Positions 39,930 to 50,360 are shown, counted from the stretch's first letter. The stretch: DNA of 64,000 nucleotides from an uncultured bacterium (GCA_963736115.1 CAVTNR010000009.1:32001-96000), one strand, 5' to 3'. Program-made: numbers and translations. Notes: generated by a model from the sequence alone, not told the origin.

Positions 39930-41906
39930 CTAATCCATCATCACCATCTTGCGCACGGCCGTGAATCCGGCCGCGTCCATGCGCAGGACGTACACGCCGG
40001 ACGGCAGGCCGGAACCATCGAACGCCACCTCGTATTCGCCGGACGGACGGAAACCGGATACCGGCGTGGCTACCCGCCTCCCGGTCACGTCAAACACCCG
40101 GATCTCGACGCGCCCGGCTGTCCGCAGACCGAACCGGATGACCGTGGCCGGGTTGAACGGGTTCGGCCTGTTCTGCGCCAGAAAGAACGACGCGGGAGGA
40201 CCGGTCCTTTCCTCCGGGACAGCGGTCAGCAGGAACGCGGCCGAGAATTCAGAGGTGTTCCCGGCCGTGTCCGTCAACGTGGCCGTGACATAGGGTCCTG
40301 AAGGAACGCCGGGCCATGTGAAATGACCCGATGCGTCCGCGGTCACCGCGGCCTCGAACTTCCGGCCCTCATCCGTAGAATCCGAAAAAATTTCGACCCG
40401 GCTTCCGGCCGGCGCCGTGCCTGTCACCGGATTCAACGAAGTCAGCACAGGCGGGTCGAGATCCAGGTTCCCACCCTCGGACGTCCGGATGCCGAGCCTG
40501 CCGTTGCTGTGTATGCTGTTCCAGGTGACCGCATTGGCGATCGTCCCGGACTTGGCGATGGACACGCCGTTCCCCTGGTTGAAGGCGATGGTGTTGAGCG
40601 GGCCGACCCGGTTGCCGACCGCACCGGAACTGACCGAGACGCCTTCCTGGAAATTGGCGGCGGGAGAGACTCCGTCCGCCGCGGTCCCGATCCGGTTCCC
40701 GATCACCAGGTTTTCCCGCGTGCCAATGCCGTAGATCTGGACGCCGTTCCCGAGATTGCCTCCGATCACGTTCGCCTCGCCCTCGGCGGATCCCCCGATC
40801 CGGTTGTGTTTCGGTCCCATGGTGACCGTAATGCCGTTCTCCCCGTTGCTCATGGCAGTGCGGCCGGTCCCGTCCAGCCCGATGCAATTGCCCTGCACCC
40901 GGTTCGAGTCGCAGCGTTCGCCCCGGAGCACGATGCCGGAAAACAGGTTTCCTGAAATGATATTCCGGCCGGAATCCCCGGGTCCGCCGATGCGGTTTGC
41001 CGAGACACCGATCAGCAGAATGCCGTCGTCCCCGTTTCCGATCGACCGGCTCCCGCCGGGCGCCGGACCGATGAGATTTCCGACGACCGAATTCAGCGTG
41101 GTTCCCGTTCCCGTGATGAGGATCCCGTTCTGGCGGTTTCCCGAGATGACATTTCCCGGTCCGATGATATTCGACCGCACGCCGTTGGTCAGGGCCACGC
41201 CCTTGCCGTTGGACAGGGCGCCGGACCCGTCCGCGCGGACGCCGATGTAGTTCCCTTCCACGCGGTTATCTGAGGACAGATAGGTGATTTCGAGTCCTTC
41301 ATCCGAGTTGCCGCCGATCACGTTGCGGTCCGGAATCCCGGATCCGCCGATCCGATTCCGGTCGCCGTCCTCGATCAGCAGGCCTCCGTCCGATACGCCC
41401 ATGGAAACAGTTCCGGTCGGATCGCACCCCAGGTAACAGCCGGCCACATGGTTGCTGTCACCCGTGATGTACACCTGGCGGTACCGGAACCGGTGGACCA
41501 CGCAATTCCGGATCGTATGCCCGCTGCCCGACAGGATCAGGCCGCTGGCGTTCCCGGCCGATCCACCGTCGATGACGATTTCGGGCCCTTTGGGATTGGA
41601 ATCGGATCCGATGGAAGCCGTCTGTGTTCCTCCGTCGACAAGCGTGCCTCGGTCGAGGAATGGGGGCAGTTCAGAGAGCGGCCGTATGTTCCATGCGCCT
41701 GTGGACAGATCCAGCCCGGGATCCGCGATGGGAATGCGGAAAACAATTGTATCCGGGCCGGCATGGGTGTTTGCGTCCAGAATGACCTGACGCAGAGTGC
41801 CTGCGCCTGAATCCTCGGTGCTCGTGACGGTAAACTGCGCGCCGAGGCCAGGACCCGTCGCAATCAACACAGCGGAAAAGCCGAGAAATAAAAGCATTCT
41901 CTTCAT
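39930..41906 (-). CDS. Paralogous secreted beta-helix repeat protein with T9SS-type tail
   Basis: STEDSGAGTLRQVI..AN.HAGPDTI; same repeats as 37656..39464; TDTAGNTSEFS; NRPNPFNP. Confidence 0.85.
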   Translation of the reverse strand: MKRMLLFLGFSAVLIATGPGLGAQFTVTSTEDSGAGTLRQVILDANTHAGPDTIVFRIPIADPGLDLSTGAWNIRPLSELPPFLDRGTLVDGGTQTASIGSDSNPKGPEIVIDGGSAGNASGLILSGSGHTIRNCVVHRFRYRQVYITGDSNHVAGCYLGCDPTGTVSMGVSDGGLLIEDGDRNRIGGSGIPDRNVIGGNSDEGLEITYLSSDNRVEGNYIGVRADGSGALSNGKGVALTNGVRSNIIGPGNVISGNRQNGILITGTGTTLNSVVGNLIGPAPGGSRSIGNGDDGILLIGVSANRIGGPGDSGRNIISGNLFSGIVLRGERCDSNRVQGNCIGLDGTGRTAMSNGENGITVTMGPKHNRIGGSAEGEANVIGGNLGNGVQIYGIGTRENLVIGNRIGTAADGVSPAANFQEGVSVSSGAVGNRVGPLNTIAFNQGNGVSIAKSGTIANAVTWNSIHSNGRLGIRTSEGGNLDLDPPVLTSLNPVTGTAPAGSRVEIFSDSTDEGRKFEAAVTADASGHFTWPGVPSGPYVTATLTDTAGNTSEFSAAFLLTAVPEERTGPPASFFLAQNRPNPFNPATVIRFGLRTAGRVEIRVFDVTGRRVATPVSGFRPSGEYEVAFDGSGLPSGVYVLRMDAAGFTAVRKMVMMD

Positions 41907-42023
41907 GAGGTGACGGCCCTCCAGAAATGTTATTCTCCGAAAAATCGATCAGGCAAGATGTGTAATATATAGTACAAAATTATACATGAAAGTCAAGAGT
42001 TTTATTCCGGCATCCCATGCCGC

Positions 42024-42470
42024 TCACTCCGGCTTCCACCGGATCTCCAGGGCCGGCGCGTCTTCGGGCCGCGGGCGGAATCCATGCTTCCCGTAAAAAC
42101 CGGACTTGCCCTTCGCGCTGAACAGCTGAATATCACGTATGCCCGCGGACCGGCAGCGTTCGACCAGCCGTCTCAGAATCTCGGATCCGATTCCCCTGCC
42201 CTGCCGGTCCGGAGCGACGATCATGTCGAGAATAAGCGCATGCACCACACCGTCGCAGATCGCGCGGCCGAATCCGACAAGGCGGCCGGCCTCATGCGCG
42301 GAAACCACGGCCCAACTCGCCTCAACCGCGAGAGCCAGATCTCCGGCGCTCAACCCGTAATCCGCATTCCAGCCTGTCGTTTCGAAAAGCGCGAAAAACG
42401 AAGCTGGATCGGGCGGATCCGATGAATACACTACCGTGATGATTTCCATCTTTCCGGTCGATTCTGTCAC
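42024..42470 (-). CDS. GNAT-family N-acetyltransferase
   Basis: LVGFGR, V.PDRQGRGIG, FYGKHGF; RBS aaggagg before GTG. Confidence 0.9.
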   Translation of the reverse strand: MTESTGKMEIITVVYSSDPPDPASFFALFETTGWNADYGLSAGDLALAVEASWAVVSAHEAGRLVGFGRAICDGVVHALILDMIVAPDRQGRGIGSEILRRLVERCRSAGIRDIQLFSAKGKSGFYGKHGFRPRPEDAPALEIRWKPE

Positions 42471-42773
42471 AAATATCCCTCCTTAAATTCGGTAATTCAA
42501 GGCGATATTGCCCCGGCAAAATTTTCCTTTTCCTGCATTTTGAAATTCACCTGGCTAAAAAGCTTCCTCATACTACTATACATATGATAAATATGACTAT
42601 TTAAATTTATCACATTTCCTGCGGCCTGTAAAGCTGTTTTTCGGCCATTAATGAAAACTCTCCATAAAATTTCAATTGACTTTAACGCCAGAAGTGACGA
42701 ATTTGTAGGGTCATAGGGCTTCTGACGGTCCGGTCGGACTTCCCGCCCTTTAAGATAGAATTTTTAATGACTT

Positions 42774-42789
42774 TGGCACGACTTATGCA
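42774..42789 (+). promoter_or_regulatory. Sigma54 (-24/-12) promoter
   Basis: TGGCACG-actt-ATGCA with exact GG-N10-GC spacing, in an AT-rich intergenic region ~70 nt before the ATG. Confidence 0.7.
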
Positions 42790-42861
42790 TTAATGTAATA
42801 TACTCATTATCCAGAAGCAGACAGCTGAACTGAACCATCCCTCTCCACGATCGAGGTGCGC

Positions 42862-45071
42862 ATGGCGGTGAGTTCGACGGAAAAGGAAACGGCATTACTG
42901 GATGAGGTGATCAAGGATTTCCGGATCGCCATGAAAAACAGCCTCATGTATGTGGCGAACCACCCCATCTGCATTCATTCCATCGACAACCTCAAAAACA
43001 CACTGGCCAAGTGGTTTCAGCTCCATTCCGGGCTTGAGTTCGGCATCTCCTCCGGTCAGATCTTCTATCAGGACAAGCCCATCCGCGAGAAGGACGAGGT
43101 CCACGCGGAAATGGCGCGGTTCCTGCATCTCCGCGGCATCATCGGCCTCGCCATCGAATCGGGTGTCGACACGGGCGAATTGCAGCAATTTTTCGGGCTC
43201 GTCCGCCAGGACCGCAAGGCCATCCAGGCCGCGGGCGGCATCCGCAAGAGCATCCCCCAGGGCGGCCACATCCAGGTCAAGGAAATCGATTACTCCAGCC
43301 TCCTCCAGAGCGCTTATCAGGGCGGCACGGCCACGGAAGAGGGAAAAATCTGGCAGTTCCTGTTCAACATCGCCGAGGAGAGCAAATCGGGCGAACTGCC
43401 GCCGTCCAAAATGGAATTTCTGAACGACTTCTTCAAGGACTCGAAGCGATCCGCCAAGGCTTTGAACAAGGTGTACCGCGACGCGATGTCCCAGATGCAG
43501 GACGACAACGCCGCGCAGGACATCCGGGGGGCCATGGGCCAGATCTGCTCGTACCTCGAGAAAAACTCCTCCGAAGACGCCAGGGAGCTCAAGGTCAAGC
43601 TGATGAATGTCATCTCCCAGCTGCATCCGGACCTGATCGAGACCCTGTTCGAGCGCGCGACCGACGAGACCGGCGGATACGACCTGGTGGAGTCGATCAC
43701 CAAGGACTTCTCCGAGGACTACATCGCCGAGTTCATCGAATCGCTGATCAGCAGCGAAGACACGTTCAACGAGAACCTGCTCAAGGTGTTCGACAAGCTG
43801 GCCCCCGGCCAGACGAAGGCCAACAACGTGGTTTCGATGGTGGCGGACCGCCTGTTCCGCAAACGCGTCATCAATCCCGACACGCTCTCGGCGCTGCAGA
43901 TGTCCATCATGGAGATCTTCCGCAAGCACCCCGAGAGCGATTTCATGAACCAGATCTACAAGATCACCGTCGATGCGGTCATGAACAAAAAGATGGACAC
44001 GCTGGTGTACATGGCCCGACTGTCGCCGATGATCAACAAGTTCGTCCAGTCCATGGAGGGCGAACAGCTCAACACGGAAAAAATCTGGCTGCTGCTCAAC
44101 ATTCTCTGGCTCGAAAACAACCCCGAGGAGTTCAGTAAGTTCGCCGGCACGCTTGTGTCCGCGATGCCGGGCCTGCTCGACAACAAGGACATCGTCCACA
44201 TCCGCGAGATCGTGGAGTTTTTCACCGAAAAGATCAGGCCCGAGCAGCGGAAAACACGAAGCTGGGCGCCGAGATCCGCGACGCGCTCAGCCGCATCACG
44301 AACAAGAAGACCATCGACAGCATCATCTCCGTCATCCCCGAAGCCACGCAGAAGGACCTCGAGGACATCGTCTACACCCTCATCCGGTCCGAGGCCGAAT
44401 GCGCCCGGACCCTGGTGGACGCCTTCATCGCCGAGCGCAATCCGGCCCACCGGCATAAGTTCTGGTTCATCTTCTCGATGATGAAGAACGAGGTGACCCG
44501 CGAGGCGGTGAACCGGCTGGAGTACGGCGAGCCGAACCTGGTGAAGGACCTGTTCCTGATCCTGAAGGAATGCGATCCGAAAAAAGCGCACCTGGCCGCG
44601 AAGAAATACATCAGCCACAAGAACGCCCAGGTCCGATGGGAAGCGCTCGACGCGCTGGACCCGAAATCGCCCGAAGAAACGGAAGCCGTGGTCAAAATCT
44701 ACCGGCGCGAAAAAAACCGCTCCGTGAAGAAGAAGGCCGGGTCCGTGATCCTGCGCACCGGGAATCCCGATTCGATCGGGTGGATGTTCGCGTCCTGCGA
44801 GAAGGACGTTTTCCATCCGGACAACCTGCCGGAACTGGTCGAATTGTGCGGCCAGGCGCGGGCCGAGGCCGCCTTGCCGCACCTGCAGCGGCTGTACCGG
44901 AAGCCGCCCCTCTTTTATTTCGGGAACCGGGAGGATCTGCGGTCCGCGCTGATCACCAGCGCCGGACGCCTGAAAACCGCCGACGCGCTCGAACTGGTCC
45001 GCCTGGGGCTGAAAGACAAGAACCGCCGCGTCCGCGAAACGAGCGAAATCATCATGAAACTCGACGAATAA
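42862..45071 (+). CDS. Large helical HEAT-repeat protein, frameshift (missing A) at ~44251-44254
   Basis: EQRK continues as NTKLGAEIRDALS if one A is restored; C-terminal VRWEALDAL and GLKDKNRRVR HEAT-like repeats. Confidence 0.75.
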
Positions 45072-45098
45072 ACCGTTCGTCCCATCCGGAGTCTTTCC

Positions 45099-46520
45099 AT
45101 GACGGATCCCATTCAGAACCGAATCGACATCGAGGAATTCATCACCTGCCTGGCGCGCGCCATGCAGATGTCCCAGGTCTACGGAGACAGCCACGACCTC
45201 ACGACCGAGGCCATGGACCGCCTGCTCGACCGCCTCAAGGCCCTGCAGTCCGACCGGGACGAAGTCACTATCGGCATCATCGGAGACGAGCTGGCCTACG
45301 GGAGCCAGCCCCTGTTCGATTACAGCCAGAACAAGAAAACCTTCATCCAGTTCCTCAAGAGCCGGGGCGTCAAGAAAATCACGTTCGCCCGGGGCGTCGA
45401 GAAAACCGAGGCCGCGAAAGCCGTCCGCCTCCTGATCACGAAAAACCAGAAGATCGAAACCATGGAGGACGCGCGGGCCGCCCTTTCGGCCGCGGGCATC
45501 CGGCACATCGCGCTCGGCGACCTCCGGCCGGCCGAAGAGGAAACGGTCGAAAAAATCCGGCCGGAATCGACCCGCCGCAAGACATTCCGCAGCTACAACC
45601 AGAGCATCGAATTCCTCACGCAGACCTTTCAGGATCTGAAGACCAACCAGAACCTCAACGTCGACAGCGCGCGCCAGATCGTCGAAGGCCTGATCAAGAA
45701 CATGCTCCAGAACAAGAATCTGCTGCTCATTCTGTCCTCGATCCGCGGGCACGACGAAAACCAGTTCATGCACGGCGTGAACGTGGCGATCTTCACTCTG
45801 CTGCAGGCGGAGGTGCTGGGCCTCGAGGAAAAATACCTGATCGACATGGGGATGGCCTCCCTTCTGCACGATGTCGGCAAGCTGGCCGTGTCGCGCGACC
45901 AGCTCCAGGATCTGGAGGGCAAGACCCGGACCGAATGGACGCCCGAGGACGAGAAGATCGTCATGACCCAGGACATCGCGGGCGCCAAGATTCTGCTCGA
46001 AACCGAGGGTATTCCGGTGCTGGCCGCCATCGTCGCCTTCGAGCACGGTATGCGGTACGACATGAAAGGTCCCCAGCGGAAAATCTACGGAAAATCGCTG
46101 AACCTGATCAGCATGATGCTGTCCATTTCGGACGCCTACGACAAGCTCCGCCGGAAGCCGGCCTATTACGAGGAGGGCGGTCCCGAAAAGGCCTACGAGG
46201 AGATGATGTCCGAATCCAACAAATTCTTCCACCCGGACCTGCTGGAAAACTTCTTCAGCGCGATCGGCGTCTTTCCGCCGGGGACCCTGGTGGAGCTGGA
46301 TTCGGGCGAAGTCGGCCTGGTCATCCAGTCGAGCATGCTGGACAAACGCCGGCCGCAGGTTGAAATCATCTACGACAGCACGGGCACGCGTTACCCCGAA
46401 CCCCGCATCGTCAACCTGGTCGAGAAGGACAAGCGCGGGCAGTACAAGCGTTCCATCGTCCGCTCCATCCCCCCCATGGGGCAGTTTGAAATTCCGGAGA
46501 AGTACAAACCCGAATCATGA
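45099..46520 (+). CDS. HD-GYP-like protein (degenerate)
   Basis: HGVNVA, LLHDVGK, SDAYD, GVFPPGTLVELDSGE.G.V; lacks HH and GYP motifs. Confidence 0.85.
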   Translation: MTDPIQNRIDIEEFITCLARAMQMSQVYGDSHDLTTEAMDRLLDRLKALQSDRDEVTIGIIGDELAYGSQPLFDYSQNKKTFIQFLKSRGVKKITFARGVEKTEAAKAVRLLITKNQKIETMEDARAALSAAGIRHIALGDLRPAEEETVEKIRPESTRRKTFRSYNQSIEFLTQTFQDLKTNQNLNVDSARQIVEGLIKNMLQNKNLLLILSSIRGHDENQFMHGVNVAIFTLLQAEVLGLEEKYLIDMGMASLLHDVGKLAVSRDQLQDLEGKTRTEWTPEDEKIVMTQDIAGAKILLETEGIPVLAAIVAFEHGMRYDMKGPQRKIYGKSLNLISMMLSISDAYDKLRRKPAYYEEGGPEKAYEEMMSESNKFFHPDLLENFFSAIGVFPPGTLVELDSGEVGLVIQSSMLDKRRPQVEIIYDSTGTRYPEPRIVNLVEKDKRGQYKRSIVRSIPPMGQFEIPEKYKPES

Positions 46521-48283
46521 CGCTTTCCTCCAAAACAGCGGCCGTCATCGCCGCCTTCGGGGCCGGCTGGGCCTGCCTTGCGGCCGCCGGCCTGTGGCTC
46601 GGGGTTCCGGCATGGGCGATTCTGCTCTCGGCCCTTCCGTCCGCCGCCGCCGCGGGCTTGACCGTATCACGGATGGTCCGGCGGCCGCTGGAACGCCTCC
46701 TCCAGGCGGCCGAGATCGCGGCCAACGGCGACTGGAGCGTTCCGATCGAGGTCCGGGGAGAGGACGAGACCGGCCGGCTGGCGAAATGCCTGCTTACCCT
46801 CACCGAGGAGCTGAGGCGCAAAAGCGATTCCACGGACGCGCTCGGCGCCGAAACGACCCACCGCCGCGAAACGGAACGCGAACTCCGCGAACGCGAGGAG
46901 TACTACCGGAGGCTGTTCGAATACTCGAATGACGCGGTGTTCATCACGGACTTCGACGGACGCATCCTCGAAATCAACAACAAGGCCTGCGCCATGCTCG
47001 GAACCACGCGGGAGGAGCTCCTCCGGATCCCGTTCATGGACCTCCAGCTTGCCGAGGAGACCGGCCGCTCGAAAGCCGCCTACAAGACCGGAACGCAGAC
47101 CGGCTCAATCCGCTACGAAACCCGCTTCAAGGCCGGCGACGGCGAACCGATCGATGTTGAGGTCAGCGCCAGCATCGTCGAGATGAAGAAGGGCATTCTG
47201 CAGAACATCGTCAGCAACATCACCGAGCGCAAGGAGGCCGAGCGGAACCTCCGCGAATCGGAGGAAAAATTCCGCACCTTCATGGAAACGGCCAGCGACC
47301 TGATGTTCATCACCGACGCCGAGGGCCGCTTCAGCTGGATGAACCAGGCCATGCTTTACACGTTGGGATACGCCCGGGAGGAGCTGATCGGCGTCCCCTT
47401 CGCGGAGGTGCTGGACCGGGACCATCTGGAATCCGCGCGCATGAAGCGGCGACAGTTCGTCGAGTGGGGCGAAAACATTCACCAGCTCGTCTGGGAGACC
47501 AAGACCCGGAAAAAGATACACGGCGAAATGAAGACGACCGCCATTTACGACAACGACGGCAAGTTCCGCGGACTCCGGGGCGTCTTCCGGGACGTGACCG
47601 AGCGGAAAAAGGTCGAGGAATCCCAGCGCCTGGCCGAGCTGGGAAAGCTGGCCTCCGACATGGCCCACGAGGTCAACAACCAGATCGCCGTGATCGCCAC
47701 TCGGGCGGCCGTAGCGAAAATGCGCAAAAACGCGCCCGGTGAGGTCGACAAGGACCTGTCCGTGATCGTATCGCAGTGTGAGCAGGTCAAGGACATCGTC
47801 AAACGGCTGCTGATGTTCTCAAAACCGAGCCGGGGCGACTTCCGCCCGCAGAATCCGGCGGATGCCCTCCACCTCGTCGTCCAACTTCTGGAAGACCAGT
47901 TCCGCAAGCACAATGTGATCCTCGAAACGCGGATCGAGTCCGGACTCCCTCCCGTCCGAATGGACGAGAAACAGATGCAGGAGGTGTACATGAACCTCCT
48001 GCGAAACGCGTTCGAGGCCATGCCGGATGGCGGCGCGATCACCGTCACCGCGGCTCCGGACGGGGACACGGTCCGCATCGATTTCGAGGACCAGGGAACC
48101 GGGATCTCCGAAGCCGACATGGCCCGTGTGTTCGACCCCTTCTTCACGACGAAAGAGAACGGCACCGGACTCGGCCTGTCGGTCTGCTACGGCATCGTCC
48201 AGGCGCACAAAGGGGATCTCAAGTACAGAAGCCGCGCCGGCAAGGGCACTACAGCGACGCTGATTCTTCCCTCCGCGGACTGA
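46517..48283 (+). CDS. Membrane HAMP-PAS-PAS sensor histidine kinase (NtrB-like)
   Basis: DETGRLA (HAMP), two PAS domains, H-box AHEVNN, NLLRNA, DQGTG, FDPFFTTK, GTGLGL. Confidence 0.93.
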   Translation: MTLSSKTAAVIAAFGAGWACLAAAGLWLGVPAWAILLSALPSAAAAGLTVSRMVRRPLERLLQAAEIAANGDWSVPIEVRGEDETGRLAKCLLTLTEELRRKSDSTDALGAETTHRRETERELREREEYYRRLFEYSNDAVFITDFDGRILEINNKACAMLGTTREELLRIPFMDLQLAEETGRSKAAYKTGTQTGSIRYETRFKAGDGEPIDVEVSASIVEMKKGILQNIVSNITERKEAERNLRESEEKFRTFMETASDLMFITDAEGRFSWMNQAMLYTLGYAREELIGVPFAEVLDRDHLESARMKRRQFVEWGENIHQLVWETKTRKKIHGEMKTTAIYDNDGKFRGLRGVFRDVTERKKVEESQRLAELGKLASDMAHEVNNQIAVIATRAAVAKMRKNAPGEVDKDLSVIVSQCEQVKDIVKRLLMFSKPSRGDFRPQNPADALHLVVQLLEDQFRKHNVILETRIESGLPPVRMDEKQMQEVYMNLLRNAFEAMPDGGAITVTAAPDGDTVRIDFEDQGTGISEADMARVFDPFFTTKENGTGLGLSVCYGIVQAHKGDLKYRSRAGKGTTATLILPSAD

Positions 48284-48294
48284 GCGCCGGTCCG

Positions 48295-48390
48295 TTCAAT
48301 CGGGCGGCCATAAGCCTGTTGATTCTGGTTCCAATTTTTCTGGATGATCGGAGATTTGGCTTCTGGCCGCTCCGGCGGGTCTGATTCCCC
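48295..48390 (+). repeat. Second copy of the 96-bp hairpin element (cf. 7552-7647)
   Basis: Ungapped alignment, 9 mismatches in 96 nt by manual count. Confidence 0.9.
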
Positions 48391-48407
48391 CGGTCCCGTC
48401 CCGCTGC

Positions 48408-48521
48408 GCGGGATCAATCGACAGATTCCGGTTATTGAAGACGATGCGGGATCAAGCGGCAGACGCCGGCTATTGAAGGCATCGCCGGACCCAGCAATGA
48501 GATTTGTTCGTTATTGAAGGC
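48408..48521 (+). repeat. Three degenerate ~38-bp tandem units containing TATTGAAG
   Basis: gcgggatcaa at 48408 and 48446 (gccggaccca at 48484); tattgaag at 48433, 48471, 48512. Confidence 0.65.
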
Positions 48522-48561
48522 CCGCCGCGAGCGGCGGGGTCATTCATCCCGGGGACACCGC

Positions 48562-50349
48562 ATGGCCCAATCCGTTCCGGATCATCAGGATCTCGAAGTC
48601 ATTGTCCAGCACAGCGGCGACGGCCTGCTGGTGGTCGACGAGGACGGCCTCATCCGCTTCCTCAATCCGGCCGCGGCCGCCTTTCTCGGCAAACCGGCCG
48701 CCGATCTCATCGGCCGGCCCTTCGACCATCCCCACCGCCCGGGGCCGCCTGTTGAGATCTCCATTGTCCGCGGCAACGGCAAGCCCGGCGTCGGAGAACT
48801 CCATGCCGTGGACATCCCGTGGCAGGGAAAGGCCGCCCGCCTGGTGTCCATCGGGGACTTCTCCGAGCGCGCCCTCTTCGACCGCCTGCAGGACGACTTC
48901 ATCAGCAATGTCTCGCACGAGCTCCGCACGCCCCTCACGGCCATCCGCGAGGCGGTGTCGCTGATGCGAGACGGCATCCTGGGATCCGTCACCGATGAGC
49001 AGGTCAAATTTCTCACCATGTGCATCCGAAACGCGGACCATCTCCGGAGAATCGTCGATACGATCCTCGACATCTCCAAGATCGAGGCCGGCCGGATCCG
49101 CATGGCGAAGAAGAACTGCGCGCTCACGGAAATCGTCCAGGCCGTGGTCGAGGCCTTTCAGCCGGTCGCGGCCCGCAAGGGACTGTCCCTCGGTCTCAGT
49201 CCCGGGGCGGATCACGCGCAGGTGTTCGCCGACCGGGACCGCATCACGCAGGTGCTGAACAACCTGATCGGCAACGCGATCAAATTCACGTCCTCCGGCG
49301 CAATCGCCGTGTCGGTCGAGGCATCGGACGGACAGGCGGTCTGTTCCGTGTCCGACCCCGGGCGGGGCATCGCCGAAGAAGATCTACCGAAGGTGTTCGG
49401 GAAATTCCAGCAGTTCGGCGCTCTCGCCGATCCGGCCAACAAGGGCACCGGCCTGGGGCTGGCCATCTCGCGCGAAATCGTGCGGCTGCACGCCGGCGAC
49501 ATGTCCGTCCGGAGCGTTCTCGGGCAGGGCAGCACCTTCTCGTTCACCCTTCCCGTATACCGCCCCGAACTGGAGGTGCATGATCACATCGGCGCCCGGA
49601 TAGCCGATTCGAAGAATCCGTTCCTCCTCTTCTGCGTCCACCTGAACGATCCGGCGCCCATCATCAAAGCCGCCGGGCCGGAATGGCTCGACAAGGTCGC
49701 GCACCGCATCCACCGCACACTCGAGCCGGGTTTCCGCTCAGTCTCCGCCCTGCGGCTCGAGCCCGACCGCATTTTTCTGACCCTGGAGGCCCCGCAGGCC
49801 GGCGGCATGCCGGCGCGCCGCCGCCTGCTCCGCGGCGTCAAGGAGACCTTCTTCAATATGGGAGTTGACGACGAGACGGATTTCTCGTACGGCATCGCGG
49901 CCTACCCGCGCGACGGTGAATCGCCCGAAGCCCTGGCCGCGGCCTGCGCGGGCGGCCTGGTCCGCGAGCAGACCGAACGGCTCGACCAGACCATTCTCAT
50001 CGTAGATGACGAAAAGGCCCTCACCGAGGCCACGCAGATGCTGCTCGAAATGTTCGGGTACCGGAGCATCCAGATCGCGCACAGCGGCATGGACGCTTTC
50101 GAGGTGCTCAAGCGCACGATTCCCGGCCTCATCATCCTGGACATGAAAATGCCCGGCATGAGCGGACATGAGGTGATCGGCCGGCTGAAGGAGTCGCACG
50201 AGACGAAGGATATCCCCATCCTGATCATGTCGGGCTTTGAAGTGGAGATCGGGCGGTTTCTGGAGTACATCAACCGCAAGGCCATCCTGACGATCAACAA
50301 GCCGGCGGAGCCGGAAATCCTTCGCAAGATGGTGTACTATTTAATCTAG
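48562..50349 (+). CDS. Hybrid kinase PAS-HisKA-HATPase-degenerate GGDEF-REC
   Basis: SHELRTPL, NLIGNAIKF, GTGLGLAI; GGDEF-like FSYGIAAYPRDG with RLEPDR at the signature; REC IVDD..LDMKMP..KP. Confidence 0.9.
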   Translation: MAQSVPDHQDLEVIVQHSGDGLLVVDEDGLIRFLNPAAAAFLGKPAADLIGRPFDHPHRPGPPVEISIVRGNGKPGVGELHAVDIPWQGKAARLVSIGDFSERALFDRLQDDFISNVSHELRTPLTAIREAVSLMRDGILGSVTDEQVKFLTMCIRNADHLRRIVDTILDISKIEAGRIRMAKKNCALTEIVQAVVEAFQPVAARKGLSLGLSPGADHAQVFADRDRITQVLNNLIGNAIKFTSSGAIAVSVEASDGQAVCSVSDPGRGIAEEDLPKVFGKFQQFGALADPANKGTGLGLAISREIVRLHAGDMSVRSVLGQGSTFSFTLPVYRPELEVHDHIGARIADSKNPFLLFCVHLNDPAPIIKAAGPEWLDKVAHRIHRTLEPGFRSVSALRLEPDRIFLTLEAPQAGGMPARRRLLRGVKETFFNMGVDDETDFSYGIAAYPRDGESPEALAAACAGGLVREQTERLDQTILIVDDEKALTEATQMLLEMFGYRSIQIAHSGMDAFEVLKRTIPGLIILDMKMPGMSGHEVIGRLKESHETKDIPILIMSGFEVEIGRFLEYINRKAILTINKPAEPEILRKMVYYLI

Positions 50350-50360
50350 GAGGAAACGCC

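Noticed and set aside
25516-41906. Integron cassette array
   Set aside because: No intI; intergenic hairpins are ~35 bp and lack paired RYYYAAC/GTTRRRY attC boxes; genes are much larger than typical cassettes.
48408-48521. CRISPR array (ATTGAAG ends resemble CRISPR repeat termini)
   Set aside because: The 38-41 nt period is too short for repeat plus spacer, units resemble each other throughout, and there are no cas genes in the window.
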